Of a stretch of 64,000 nucleotides of DNA, positions 1 to 14,559 are shown piece after piece. A program made the position numbers and the translations under genes. The DNA is from Schmidtea polychroa (lineage: Eukaryota): assembly GCA_044892525.1 (NCBI GenBank), contig CM097885.1, positions 26,476,001 to 26,540,000 of the forward strand. The letters are read 5' to 3'. Position 1 is the first letter of the stretch; each line of letters opens with the position of its first letter. The notes below the pieces were generated by a model. It had not been told where the DNA came from. It ran no database searches and saw nothing but the letters and a program-made list of their open reading frames with translations.

Positions 1-523
1 AATTACATAACCTAGAGCATAGGTTCGTAACTCTTAGGGGTCGCGAAGGAATCACTTCATAAAGCATCATAAATGAATTTATATAAAATTCGTTTACCTC
101 CATCCATAGATGAGCTTATGAAAAAGAAACTATTTCATTGATCTCATTAACTTGGTTATAGTGAACATGTGTTGAGAATTGTACCATATAACTCCTATGT
201 GAACTTGTAAATTTTAAACTAAAAATAATTTAATATCATTTCGCAACATAATTATCCCAATTATTGCAACTGTCGTTCGCTAACTATTGAAAATATACTT
301 GACCAATGGAAATTTTATCATTACCGCATACAGAGGGTACCATAAAATAAGTCTGAACACCACTGTCGCGTCCTATTTTTAAAAATTAATTAGTTTTTCG
401 GTGAAACTATTTTTCGCTGAAATTGTTGAAATCCGTATTTTTTGAGTTAATTGGGTTATCCAGTCTTTGGTATAAATTAAATGGGTCGCCATGGAAAAAA
501 GTTTGAGAACCATTTATCTTGAG

Positions 524-1703
524 CAGGGATGACCAACCCGAATCGCTTGGTGTGCCAAAAAATATATTTTGAAGTTTAGTGGACCGCATATATAAAAAAT
601 TAAAAATATTTATTAAAACTATTTTATTAGCCTTTAGTTAATGTGACACTTGCTTTTCTATATTTTTTGATATTTCTTTCACATCGACTGGTAATTTAGA
701 AGAGGCGCATCGCTTTTATATCTCTTCCGGTGGTAGTATTTTTAAACTTATAAGATAAAAAAACTCTTCTGTAACATTCATTTCACTATCAACATCTCTT
801 ATAAAAATAGAAAGCTATGCAGTATCGTTAATATGAGTTGTTTCATCATAAATGAAACCTTTTACAATTGCATTGAGATATCCATAGAGATATCAGCTAT
901 TCTTCTTACTACCGATTGACGAGAGAGACTAATTTGGGCAAAATATTTAACTTTTTCTGGACAAATTTCTTCGATCGCGGCAATAAAACACTATTTTATG
1001 TAGGCACCGTCTGAAAATGATTTCATTTTCTTGGCAATAATGTGAGATATTCGAAAGCTAGTACATACAATGTCGTTTGATGGTGAAATTTGCTCGTAAA
1101 ATATTATTTGTTGCGCTTTTAAATTTTTCTTTAAGAGATGTAACTTGGCTTTTCGTTCTTCAATATTAAGTTCATCAATGTCACCATGCTTTTGTTTGAA
1201 ATGACTTTTCAAGTTATAAGATTTTAAAATTAAAATAGAATCGTGGCAGATTAAACATACAGCTGTTTCTTTTGTCTGATGGAAAAAATACAAATCTTCC
1301 CATTCAAACTGGAAAGTTCTGTTCTCATCTTCAAGCTTTCTTTTCTTCTTTTCAACTCAACTTCCAGTCATGACTAAAAGTTTTACGAAAAAAATATTGA
1401 TACAATTGATATTTTAAAAAATTAATAAAATAAAAAGTCTCAATTATTAATTTTTTTTTAATTTATCTAAAATAAAATATTTTGAACTATTATGACCAAA
1501 GTATAACAAAATATAACAACAAGTTTTATATTTGAATTGTATTATTTTCCAATAAAATCTTATGAGAAATATATAATAGGCTAAATTATATTTGCTAAAG
1601 TGGTTTTTTATTTAATGAATTTTTAAATATAAAATATAAAAAGTAAAAAAACTTCAAGTGGACCGCAAGAATTTTTAATTGTGGCGCAGGTTGGCCGCCC
1701 CTG
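524..1703 (-). mobile_element. Internally deleted hAT (Buster/SPIN/GTF2IRD2-like) DNA transposon
   Basis: Imperfect TIRs CAGGGATGACCAACC (524) and GGTTGGCCGCCCCTG (ends 1703). 8-bp TSD ATCTTGAG/ATCTAGAG (7/8 match). The minus strand encodes a degraded transposase N-terminus (KRKLEDENRTFQFEWEDLYFF, VCLICH..LKSHFKQKH BED-like finger, ORF 991-1293), DETTHINDTA and a C-terminal KQVSH*, with stops. Confidence 0.85.
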
Positions 1704-4260
1704 ATCTAGAGAATTACTAGTTTAACTATTATTAATACAGACCAATCATACGTTTGCGTACATATTTCTGAATTGCACACACAAACATTCCGTTATCATT
1801 CATCATATCTCAAGGGCATAATGTCCTGGTTAGGTTATTGGTTTATTGTGAAATATTATTAGTTTTGATTTTCACGAAATAAAAATACGAAACGATTAAG
1901 TAATACTTTAAAAATCAAATATACAGAAGTTATTATTTTTATTAAAATGATGACATAATGAGAAAGCGTATCTAAAAATATGAAATATCAATTGTAGATA
2001 ATTGTGAAAATTGCATCAATTTTGTAAAGCAGTGCAGAAAAAAGACATTATTCTATGTCTAATCTCGAGATAGTAATTGACAGTGTATCATTTCTGTCAA
2101 CAGCTGTTCGAGTATGAAACCATTGCAAGATTTGGGAATTTTTTATTTGAACATTTTTCATTTACTGCCTGATTTTTTTTTGATTAATAAATTTCATAAT
2201 ATTAAAGTAAAGTTTTGAGAAATTTTAGAACGAAATTTTACATATTTTTTCCATATTTTGTGAAATGGTTTTTTGGCCGAGACGCACCTCAGTCTTGACA
2301 GTATACTATTTGCGAAATATTTTAAAATAAAGAAAATATTTATTTTTTTACGTTAATATACTAAAAATATTTAATTTTTATTAAAAATAATCTAGTAAAT
2401 GGTAAAATAGTAAAAAATAGCAAAGAAAATATTTGGATAACAATTAAGACATTCAGTACGATTTTACCCACCTGTGAGGTATTGGTAATTTGCAAGATTT
2501 GTACAATGAATATGCACAAAATACAATGTGTAATAGTTATTTCAAACTGAAGAAGTTGATAAAATCTTGAGGTAACAGATTGACATAACTTTCTTCTCTT
2601 GCAACGGAAATGACGACCTTTACTCGATAAGAATATGTTTGATTTTACAGCATAAAGATAAATGTTTATTTTTATTCATAAATGTATAAGGAAATATGAA
2701 ATTTTGTTTTTAATTGACGAGTGCTTGGAACGAAATGTTAAATTAATCATCAGAGAAGTGAAGAACCATATTGCATCCACCATATTCAATTAGATATCTT
2801 GAATTCTGGATCCATTATAAATTTTATGGGTGCTATCGAAATTTTTTTGATATAAAGATTTTATATTTTAAAATATGATTCTAGCCAGTTTCAAAGAATT
2901 TGTATACTCGAGTTCATGCAGATAAAGCCATCTTTCATAATGTCCTATTCTTTGGGTTCTGCTAACAAGTTTCTATTGTAAGTAAATGGTTATTACAAAC
3001 AAAATGAGCCCTAATTAGGTTCTGCTACTATGGAGTACTACTAACAAGGATTTATTATGGGTTGAGAAGTATTGTTGATGAAATGGTAATAACTATCTTC
3101 AAAAGCCGGAACATTAAGACAATTGAAAAAGCGTAATGTATCAATCTGACACAAGAAATACTGAAATGTATAATTTGAATAAAAAAGTGACGAGAGAAAT
3201 TTTTTCAAATTTTATCTTTAAGTCATTTTCTTTGTTTAAATATTACACATAATTTTACCTAAAAATTCTTACTTGTTTAACTTGTTCCTCAATAAAGGAA
3301 TGCTTAATGAAAATGTTAATACAATGTATGAAACTGAAATTAAAAGTTTTCAAGCGCCGAATACATTCAATGAAGAAAAGATAGCTGTCAACGGGTGGGT
3401 CAATTATTACCTCATATTATGAAACCGCGAGGGGTTTGTATCTGACGGGCTCACATGTTACTACTATTATTATTATATCTTATTATTTTTTTTCGACAAA
3501 CGAAATAGTAATTTATTATCATTATTGTTTATGACAAACGATGAATTAAAACTATTATAATATTGAATGTAAATAAATATTTAATGAAATATCTAATCTA
3601 AAATTTTTAATTTCACGTAATATTTGTCGTTCATTCCTATTTATCCAAGCAGCGCTTCATTGTCGATGACAATAAACGGAGTTTATTGTTGCAGAAGCAG
3701 ACCCTTAGGAATTGAAACAAATGCTTCTAAAGCGACAAAAAAGTCATCAGTTTACTGAAAATTACCTCCAAATAAAATATCTACATAAGTACAAATAATT
3801 CATGAATAATAAGAGCTTTCTCTCGTTTGGCTTGCCTTGATAATTTATTATTTTTTCTTTCTAAAATATCTGTAAATTGTGCACAGTTATTGACGCAATT
3901 CCTCTGTATCGTATTTCACGCTGGATTGATTTTCACATTTTTTGCATCGAATGCTAAATATTATCGGACGATTTTTTGCTTTTCAATTTATGCGCCTATT
4001 CGAATTATATCTGTAGATCAAAATTTATTTATTATTTTTTGATCACTTTTAATCTGTTTTTGTTTTCTTTTTAAATTACATTTATTTTCATTAAGACCAT
4101 AGATCAAATTGTAATACAAACGATTCGTATATATTCCTCATTTTTGATTTTTATTATTTTATTGCATTCGAATAACTGTATTTTTAAATAATTTTCCTTT
4201 GAGTTATTTTAAAATTTATTTATTTAAATTGCAGAAGAAAATTAACAATTAATTTGTTTA

Positions 4261-4405
4261 TTATAAGAACTTTTATTTCTTCCAATTTCACCACTGATTA
4301 TTTTTTCCATTGAATTTATTAAAAAGAGAGTTTGAAGACTATAAATCAGTAATATATCGATGTTTGGTGGTACTAACGAATTTTCGGCACTGCCTTTTTC
4401 AAGTC
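4261..4405 (-). repeat. Copy of ~150-bp dispersed repeat (family A) with hammerhead-like motif TTGAAAAAGGCAGTGCCGAAAATTC
   Basis: Reverse complement matches the copies near 8251, 19140, 24704, 45601 and 60777. Confidence 0.8.
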
Positions 4406-5599
4406 TTTAAACTCTCTTTTTAATTAATTTGTTTATGTTAATTTTAATTTTGGTTGTCATTTATGGAATGGATTTTTGTTACTTAAAGAGCTTTTATTTA
4501 TTCTCTAAAAGATAATTTTAGGCATTTTCAACTTTGACATGAAATAATTCATAGTTTTCCAAATACCTTTTACTGGACAACATTTTCTATAATTAAAAAC
4601 AATCAATAAATTTTATAATATTAGCAACACACAACCTTTATTATATGAATTTAATTTGGCCAGAGAAATAAATTTTCAAACTAGTGATAAAAATAATGAA
4701 TTATGAATTTTCTTTTAATCATAAAAGTATATTTATATTTACTAATAAATAATAAACTCGATTCATTATAATTTTTATTAAAAATAATTAATTAATTACA
4801 AAATTTATACCTAAATCTTGTACATTAAAATTAAATAAAATTACAATATAAAATGACTCTTAACCTTAAATTAATTCCAGACATGTTATAGACTAGAACC
4901 GGATATAAGTCAAAATAAAAGGCTCTACGAGATGATATATATTATGAATGTGTATTTAAACGTATATTTATTTCATCTGTGTTGTATGATACTATTTAGA
5001 GTCATGTTATATATAAATCACAACTTATCGAACTTGGTATAACTAATACATTTTTAAACAAAGACAAAACCCCATATAAAAGAAAATAATTTTATTAAAT
5101 GTCAAGTGAATAAATAGTGACTATTAATCAGTGTATGTTATAACAAACAAGGAAGCAATAATATCAAAGTTGAATATCCAATATCCAACTTCATTTGTTC
5201 CATAAAGAAATTAATGTTTTTTATCTAATCATCAACCATTTTAATTTTGCATTTAATTTTATCTCCTTCACCATTAATTAACTATTTTCAATTTCTTTTC
5301 ATTTTCATTGGACTACACATAATTCAAATAAGATAAAAATAAGATAAGGTGAAAATCGAAAGAAATTTCTATAATAAATAATACCCTAATTTTATGAATA
5401 TTTATGATGTTTTCATATCATGAACTATTTTGTATGAAAAGTCATAGAAAAAAAAAATTATGTTAGAGAAGCTTTTTAAGCAGGATTAATAAAAATAAAA
5501 CCCCATTTAATAAAAAAGCAAAATGATTAGTTATTAAAATTTTTTTAGATATTTATTCTAATGAATATTTTACTTTTATTGTAAAGAATCCGTCATAAA

Positions 5600-6260
5600 C
5601 ATTTGATAAGGTGCAATTTAATGTTAGAATAGGTCCTCTAAATTGCACGTTGGTATAGAAGTTAAAATAACACGTCAACTCAATGGAGATTGCTTTGAAT
5701 GGGTTCTCCAATTGCGCATGATAATTAATACCCACCACAAGTGGTTAATACCATGTTTGCCCTGTCATAAATCCGGAATTGTATTTATTTTTCCAGGTGT
5801 TTTTTCAAAAAATAGGCCGCCATTTTAAATATTTGACACATTTTGTTCAAGATTTTTAATTTCAACATTTTAAATGTATATTTTGATAACAATTTATATA
5901 AGGTTTAATTTAGGGGTTTGATTATAATGAAATTTATTAATACACATGGGATTTATTCAAGATTTATTCAATGGGATTTTTCTGTATTATTTAATAAACA
6001 ACGACATTTTAATTATCGAAATTCATTCAAAATTGAAAAAACATGCAAAATTTATTAAAAAAAATCTGAAATCGTTTGTGGAAAATTCAACTATTTCCTA
6101 AATTGCACGTCCTCAATAATGGAGAAATTTAAAAATTTATTCATAAATTTCAACAAAAATAAAACTTCATGATAATAATTTTGGTTAATAAATAAATTTC
6201 TAAATAATTTATTACAAAAATAAATAAAATTCTACCTCTTTGTCCATGTAATTAAGCAGG
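5600..6260 (+). mobile_element. Highly degraded PLE-type reverse transcriptase remnant
   Basis: Frameshifted RQLNG..MGSPIA near 5672-5716 resembles the PLE RT motif (Q..G.AMGSP). Boundaries are approximate. Confidence 0.3.
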
Positions 6261-6599
6261 CCGAGTTGGAGTTGCGACTGTGATGTCTAAAAATATATAC
6301 AAATTATTTCTCCAGTTGAAATTTCTTTTATTTTTGTAATTGACTTGTTAAATTAATTTATTAATTTTATTATTCAACAACGGTCAAAGTAAAAATTTGT
6401 CAAAAAATTATTCTAAATCGATTATCAGTTATAGAAACGGCATAATCGATAATAAGGAATATTTTTAGAGTATTTTCTGTTACTATTTATAGATTTCATT
6501 GATTTTCTACGAATCCTCCTCAGCAAGTTGTTATCCCATTTAATTAATGATTCAAATAATTAAAACATTTTTCTCGTAATGTTAAATTCTCATTGTCGT

Positions 6600-6949
6600 T
6601 GTATATAAATCATTTCGAATATCCACATCGCATTTCATCATGTTGCTATAAATCGCCTCATTGGAATTGGCTTTTACAAAGTAAACAAATAACGTTGGGC
6701 ATTTTATCTCATCTGATCTAACAGAATATTAGTATCTGGCGTAATTCCAGCCACTGCACATTAAATATTTTCGTTAACTTTGTAAATCTTTTCAGAGACG
6801 ATTGTTTCATCATCCTTCGTAACCATTCCGATATAAATACCAACGTGACCCAAGGTTTCCATTGCATATTCAACTTGATATAAACTACCGTTCCAAGAAA
6901 AAATAGTTGTTTGATTATCACACCTTCGAGCTACAATAACAATTTCCAT
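6600..6949 (-). pseudogene. PSMA4: Intronless proteasome subunit alpha type-4 (alpha3) pseudogene, 5' part
   Basis: Translation [73 protein letters not shown] matches PSMA4 ([56 protein letters not shown]). It has three in-frame stops and an internal deletion. Confidence 0.88.
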
Positions 6950-7084
6950 AAAAATTAAAAAAACACGAAAACTTGAATAAAGCTTTTTTTCAAAAACTGG
7001 CCTAAAATTCTCTTAAACAAAATTTCCAGAAAAATAAAATAAATGTGTCAAATTCGATAATTTACAATTTATTAAAAACATTGC

Positions 7085-7109
7085 CTCACGTCTATGTGCG
7101 CACACAGAC
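7085..7109. promoter_or_regulatory. Near-palindromic motif GTCT(A/G)TGTGCGCACACAGAC upstream of the PSMA4-like pseudogene
   Basis: 19/21 identity with 56943-56963, which lies upstream of the RING ORF. Function is inferred from position only. Confidence 0.4.
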
Positions 7110-8250
7110 CTGACCTATTAAACGTCAGGATTGGCCATCCTCCCCATTGACCCCTTGGAGTCAACTTTAACAGACTGCTTTTGATGCTTATCCTTTCACT
7201 CTTGATAAGTCGTGCCAGGTCTTCAGAGAAAAATTTTGCTTGCTCTCATTTAATCACACTGAGTTCCGTTCTTATAAGTTCCTCAGTAACAAATTTGGTT
7301 ATTCTGATTTTTATCTCTAATCACTTTTTGTTACTTTAAATTTTTCGAAAGCAAAATAAATAGTAGTAAATTTTATTGCATCCTTTAGTTATTTTTAGTT
7401 GTCTGATGCCAATAACTATAAATATCTTCAATATAAATATGGTTGATCAGTTAGTCGAATTCGACATAGGCAGTTGACATGTAAACTGGTAGGGAGTTTG
7501 TAAAACAAATTAATAACAAAATTTTCTTTCTAAAGAGAAATATTTGTTTTTTTGCGATTTAATGTTTGCATTTTGAAACGAGTTTTTAATCGTAACTAAA
7601 TTTTTCTGTCTATTTTTAACCGAGTTAAAACTGTAAAGGAATATATCCTTTTTCCGTAGACATAAATGCTATCAAGTACTATTAGACGAGTACCGAAAAA
7701 CCCTCCTAAGGATTTCTTGAAAAAAATTATTAATTATGAAATATTTTATTTTAACCGGTAGGCCAGCAATGCTGGCCTTAAATTGCTTATACGGTTGCGA
7801 ACGGTAGGCCAGCAATGCTGGCCACGAATTTTGTTCCATACGTTCAACGATATCGGGTATTCGATATATGCTAAAAAATTTTATGTTAAAAAATAATATA
7901 TTAATAAATTAATTCCGACAGTAAAACTCAATAACAAAAAAAGGCAGTGCCGAAAAATGGTGTTACAAATAAAAAAAATCCTGATCTAGTCGCATTAAAA
8001 ATAAATAAAATATTTAAAATAAATCAAGTATTTACCTAAATATGAATTTTAATTTCACAAATGACATTTATTTATTTGTCTATTTGTCAATAGTCTGCTC
8101 CATATGTGAAGATTTTTCCATTTACTGTAAAATCTTTGTAAAAAATTTAATCCAAAATTATGGGATTTAGTAACTATTATTATAGAATTATTTATTCATT
8201 ATTTAAATAATCAAATTATAAAGATTGGTTAAAAATAATTTTAAAAAAAT

Positions 8251-8335
8251 TCACTTGAAAAAGGCAGTGCCGAAAATTCGTAAATATCAAAAACATCGAT
8301 ATATTATTGATTTAGTCTTTAAGCTTTTTTATAAA
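8251..8335 (+). repeat. Family A repeat copy with hammerhead-like motif
   Basis: TCACTTGAAAAAGGCAGTGCCGAAAATTCGTAAATATCAAAAACATCGATAT. A shorter copy lies at about 7938-7958. Confidence 0.8.
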
Positions 8336-11241
8336 TTTTAAAAATGTATGAAAATAAACTAATTTGTAATAATAAAAATTTGCAGTTTATTGTTTAAATT
8401 TTATTTGTACAAAACAAAAATTGGGATATGCTAATTCATTTCATAAATGATAATAAAAATATTAAATATATGGGGAGGGATACAATACGGACAATAATAC
8501 CCGCCAGAAAGTAATAATTATTAAATTAAAATAAAAGATTGCAATAATAATTAGGTATATATTAATAGTTATCAACTGTTATTAAAAAAATTTACTTTAT
8601 TCCATTATAACTTGAATTATTTTTTTCATATTTTCCGATATAATTCTGAAATGTAAAATGTATTATTGCAAGACTGAACAAGAAATAATACTGAAATGAC
8701 GCTGATAGTATGTAATTGCAAGTCCATTTTGGTGTTGCATACTTTTTATTTTTTTATTATTAAATTTACATTATCTATTACTATAAATCCATACAGAAGT
8801 TGGTTGCTCTATCTTATATTGAAGTGCAAACCAAAATGGAATTGCTCCATTTTCATAATAAACGGCTCAATTATTGCTTTTAAATGCATTTAAACAAATT
8901 CTGTTAAGTGCAATATGTTCTGTTTTGCTTTAATTTAACTTTAGAGAATAAAATAATGTATTTGGAACAAACCAAATCTAGACATATCTAGTTAATTATA
9001 AGTATAAAATTATCAAAATTCGTTCTGTACCATATTCAACATACTCTATACTGTGCTGATAAAGAACGGATTTGGTTAACTGGCGCCTCTGAGGCCAAAA
9101 AAAAATTGAACATTAAAACTCTTTTAAGTACTCCAAACCAATATCTTTTTCTTTTTCATAGGTGGCTCGCCAAAACATTTTCAAATTCTTTAATTTAGAT
9201 ACAGAACAACAATTCACCTATTTTACAAGGTATTTTTAAGCAAAGAGAAGATAGGTGGTTCGCCAATTTATTTTGGTTATTAGGTGGTACGTAAGCAAAA
9301 ACAGATTGGGAAACCCTGGTTTATATTGTTTTATAAAAAATTTACAGAATCCACTAACCGATTAATTTATTTTGACTGTCTGAATAGGAAATAACTGTAA
9401 TTTTTCTAAAACAACATTACAGAAAGTTTCGAATGAGATTTACAATTTACAAGCTTCAATCAATATTCTATAGTAAGTTGAAAATTTAATATAGAGAACA
9501 ACAGAAATTGATAAAAAATAAAAAATCAATAAACAATTTAAAATAAAAAAGTAAACGCTGAAAATGATCAAATTTGAACCCAAGAAGTTTTTCCCAACAG
9601 TTTGGAGATATAATGTAAGTGATACCAAAACTTAAACAGATTCGAAAAAAGATTGAATAAAAGATTATTAGAACCGAACACAAGGGAAAGTATTTAAAAG
9701 TTATTATCCAAGTTGTTAAAACGAAAAGATAAGATTCGGAAAACTTGACGAAATTTGTTGTGAGGAAAAGTTCGAACGGTGACATTTGATTTTTTTTAAC
9801 ATTTTAACAAATATAGTTAAACAAAATTTTAACGTTTAATGAAGAATAAATAATGATAACTTTATTGTTATATTCTAACCCAATACCTCGGGCATTATAC
9901 ATAATATTCATCCCAAACCGGCCCGACAAACCTTTACATGAGACTCGGTTGGGCTCAGCATTACTTTATATATTATATTACGTTTAAATAATAACATAAA
10001 TTTGTACTTTAGTATTATATAACAACATAACAATTTACGTATAGTTACAATAACAATCCTAATAAGTAAGTTATCAAATAAAACTACTGAATAATTCATT
10101 TACAGGACAAATGGCTTATATATTGTCGATATTATTTAAACGTGGCAAATAAATGTACATTCCAATGAAATACTTATACAATACATATAAATTTTCAATA
10201 CTAACTATCCTTTATCAATAGTTTTCGTCATTTCAAGCAAGTAAATTAAAATTTTATTTTCTTTTAATAATTATATAAAAAAACCGCCTTATAAAAAAGA
10301 AAATTATTATTTATATCACTCCAAATAAAATGTTTAAATAGTATTTTTAAATCTACTTTACGTTTTACGCTGGTTTTTAATTATTTATTAGTGCATAGCA
10401 TTTTATTATTAAATTCAGTTTTTGATTGACTTTGAAATTTGTTCGAACCATTCCACCTTATTTGTATTAGAATAATTCATTTTTAATCGCAATAGATAAA
10501 ACTTTACTAATAAATTTAATTCAATTTTATCTACGTAAATATCTTAATTAAACTGTTTCTCTTTTATCATTTATCAGATAATTTTTTTAATGACTTTTTC
10601 CATTGGAATTCTAAGTAGTTTCTATGAAGCTCTATTTTGACTGCATATTTAATATTTTATCGAATGTTTTATTATTATATTACAATTTCACATTTATATT
10701 CATTTAGATTTCGATTATAGATTGATGTATTTTTTTCTTGTTTAACACACATTTTACATTTGAAAATTTATTAAAATTAATTAAAACTTTTGATTTAAAA
10801 TAATTTTTATTTATGATTTATTTGTTAGGGAAAAGTCGATTTTCAGATAACATTAAAATGATATTATTAACTGCATTAAATGTAATTAAATTTTTAGTAT
10901 TTAACATAGTACAAAAGTTTTAAAAGAAAATACTTAACGAAATCGGATAAATTATGAATCATTCGAAAGAAAAGAGTCGATTTTCAGATTGTTTTAGAAA
11001 TAACACGCCGTTTAGAATTAAAAGTTATTGTAAAAATTAAAACTTTTATTTACACAATTAATATACGCTAGCTTATGAAACCTTAACAAAAAGACAAAAA
11101 GCGAAACATAAACATTCAAGTTATCAAATTTAGAATTCAACTAAAAATCTGTCGACTCGGACATCAATTTATTGACGTACGAACTTTTTATAATGAATAT
11201 TTGCACATTTTATCAGGATTTTACTCTTGTAAAAAATAGTT

Positions 11242-11398
<157 letters not shown>

Positions 11399-11425
11399 AA
11401 AATGATGATTGCTTGGTAGCAGCAT

Positions 11426-11760
<335 letters not shown>

Positions 11761-13599
11761 TTAACGATTATAAACAACAAAATGAATAAAATACATAATT
11801 ATTATATTATTTAATTTAATTAATTACATCAAATATATATATGAGCAAAATGCAGTTGAATTGCTTAATATAATGTATTTAGTTGTAAAACTTAGCCTGT
11901 TGTATTTCAAGATAAGGAGAGAAAATTAGAAAATTTTGTACAATTGGATTGGGGATTTTATATTAAATTTACAGAAATATATTTGTCAAATCATCATGTT
12001 GTACAAAAAATTTCAAAAATATTTACTCTAATCCAACACAATTTGTTGTTCTTCACGATCTTGTTTATTTGACTTTGTTTTCGCTTGGAAAATTTACAAA
12101 TTATTTTCAAACAGATTCTGCTTTGAAGAATCTACAAATGATGAAGTTCTCCAGTACTCTTTTTCTCCACCTGTTGCTATTTCTATGAACCTTTTGTACA
12201 TTTTAATGTGTGTTTTGCATTTGTGTATAGTTTCTATTCTTTAATCTCTCGTAGAAAGGTTTAGTTTATTATTAAATCGTTTTTTTTACCCAGCTCATAT
12301 TTAATAAATAAATAGTGTACATAATAATATCTCCAAAATCCTGAATTTTAAAAACATTTCTTTAAAATATTTTTTTGTATTTTTTTAAAAAACATTTAAA
12401 ACATTATGAAATGTTCCTTCTAAATGATCTTAAATAATTCACTTTTTATCATTTGTCATAATCGGCTAAATAGAGCATACATTAAGAATGGTCTTCCCTT
12501 TAATGTTAAATTTGAACTATTTTGTATCATAAATGGTAACACTTTAACACGGGCTTTATGTTAACAATAAAAACTAATGTAAGCGGGAATTTAGACAGTT
12601 ATTGGTATTGGGAGAATAACAGAGAGAAGTGAGAAGGGTTTAAGTTGAGAGAAGTTGCAAAAAAGCCATAACATTAAATTGTAAAATTCGTTGGAAATTG
12701 TTTACAACAAACGAACGCACCAATTGGTGTATATTTGCATTAAGGAGGGGTTAAGTGTAAGTTGAAACTTCTAAATTATAGAACAATTATCTACAAATTG
12801 TCAATTAAAAACCTTATGTAGTGTCGAATGGAACAATTATAATTTAATTTGCTTTTTTATTTGATATTTTTCTTCTGAGAAAGATAGATTTTTCTCAATA
12901 TATCAAAAATCTTCAAATATGTCATCGGTATAATGAAAAGTCATACCTCTCTGTCGTTTTGTATTATAATCACATATCACATTGATTTAATATTTTTTTT
13001 TATTAAAATTTTTAAAAATTTTTTAATAATATATTAAATTTTAAAACAAAAATTCAAAAAATTAAATTTATTTTTAAAATATTTTAGTAAAATCTTTTGT
13101 CATTGGTTAATAGTAAAAGTTTCAATATATTTTCTCTTCATTTATTTCAGATGGCATTTGATCAATAAATTTTATTGTTATTATTTTTAATAAAATAAAT
13201 ATTCATTCTGTATTTTATTAAAATTTGTTAATTATTAATTTTCATTCGCTCATTTCATTAGAGTTTCTTTGTTTATATTTTAGCATAGAAAAATATGTTG
13301 AATTTTAAAATTGCTTATTTATTTAATATTTTTTGCATTATCTCAATATGTTTCCCAATTTTTAATTTTAATTGAATTTAAATATGTGAGATATTATAGA
13401 AATTTATTATAAATTCTTTCATTATTATTAGATGAAAATAAAAATTACTATTTTAAAAAGAATTTACAATTTCGTAATCTTCTTTTATCAAATGTTTTAT
13501 TATTTATCAATTATTTTCCTTTTATTTTTTTTCATTTTTAATAATATTCTTGAAATTATAGTGATGATTTCCTTAATTTAATGTTAAACAAGTAAATGA

Positions 13600-13759
13600 T
13601 AATATAAGCCTTTTGCTGCAAAGTATATATTTAAAAAAATTCAAATAATTTTCGATTATAACAATAATCCTTATCAAGAGAAATTGATAAGGATTATTGT
13701 TAAATCGAAAATTATTTCATTTTATTAAATATATACTTTGCAGCAAAAGGCTTATATTA
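13600..13759. repeat. Long palindrome of diverged family B copies, each arm with a hammerhead-like core
   Basis: TAATATAAGCCTTTTGCTGCAAAG..CCTTATCAA, a short spacer, then TTGATAAGGATT..AATCGAAAATTATTTC..CTTTGCAGCAAAAGGCTTATATTA. Confidence 0.85.
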
Positions 13760-14332
13760 GCATTAATTTGTTTAATGTTTTTCAAATTATTATTTGTTTC
13801 GAGTTTTTTTAAATTGTAGAAATCAAAAAGAATAAGTTCATTTTTCAAATATTTTTCAAAAACACTTTTTTCATAATTTTCTTTTATGTAATTTCTATGC
13901 GCTTCAGTTATTGCCACCAAAAAATGTTGATGATTGGCACAAGTAGACAAATTGTAAGTAATATTTTAGCATAACAAGTCACGAATAAAAATGACAATTA
14001 TTTTGCAAGGTACTGATTTTGTTTCTCGTGTGAAAAACCTCATTTGAGACATGTTGTAACCAGGTTTTTTGAAGTGGTATTTTTGTGCTAGGTTTGATAG
14101 CAACCAAAACATCTGTTAACATTTGTTGATTGACAATGGACTTACAAGTAGATATTAGGTTGGAATTTTAATAAGATTAGGTTAATGGTTTTTGAACACT
14201 TGGTCTTTCTATGATTTTTTATATACTGATTTCAATTCTATTTAATAAACAAACTTAAATTCCGTTGAACAATGTATGAAGCATCTTTCATAGTCTATCC
14301 TTTTAGTCTGAACTTTGAATGTTACCTTATAC

Positions 14333-14559
14333 CAGCCATGGCCAACCGGTGGCCCGGACACAATTTTAGACATCAAATCAATAATTGTCTATTTTAGAAT
14401 TCATATTCGAATTAAGCATGTTTTTAATTTAAAAAATTGATTCTAAGTTTAGTTGAATCGTAAAAACGAGTTATATTTATTTAAATGAATTTATTGTGGC
14501 CCGTGATAGTATTTTTCCGAAAATTTGGCCCTTCGATTGATTTGGGTTGGCCACCACTG
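14333..14559. mobile_element. hAT-type MITE
   Basis: Ends CAGCCATGGCCAACC / GGTTGGCCACCACTG, subterminal GGCCC motifs, TSD CCTTATAC/TCTTATAC (7/8). Confidence 0.8.

Noticed and set aside
18..515. hAT-like termini (AAGTCTGAACACCACTG, AAGTTTGAGAACCA)
   Set aside because: Could not pair TIRs or find a TSD, so boundaries are unsupported.
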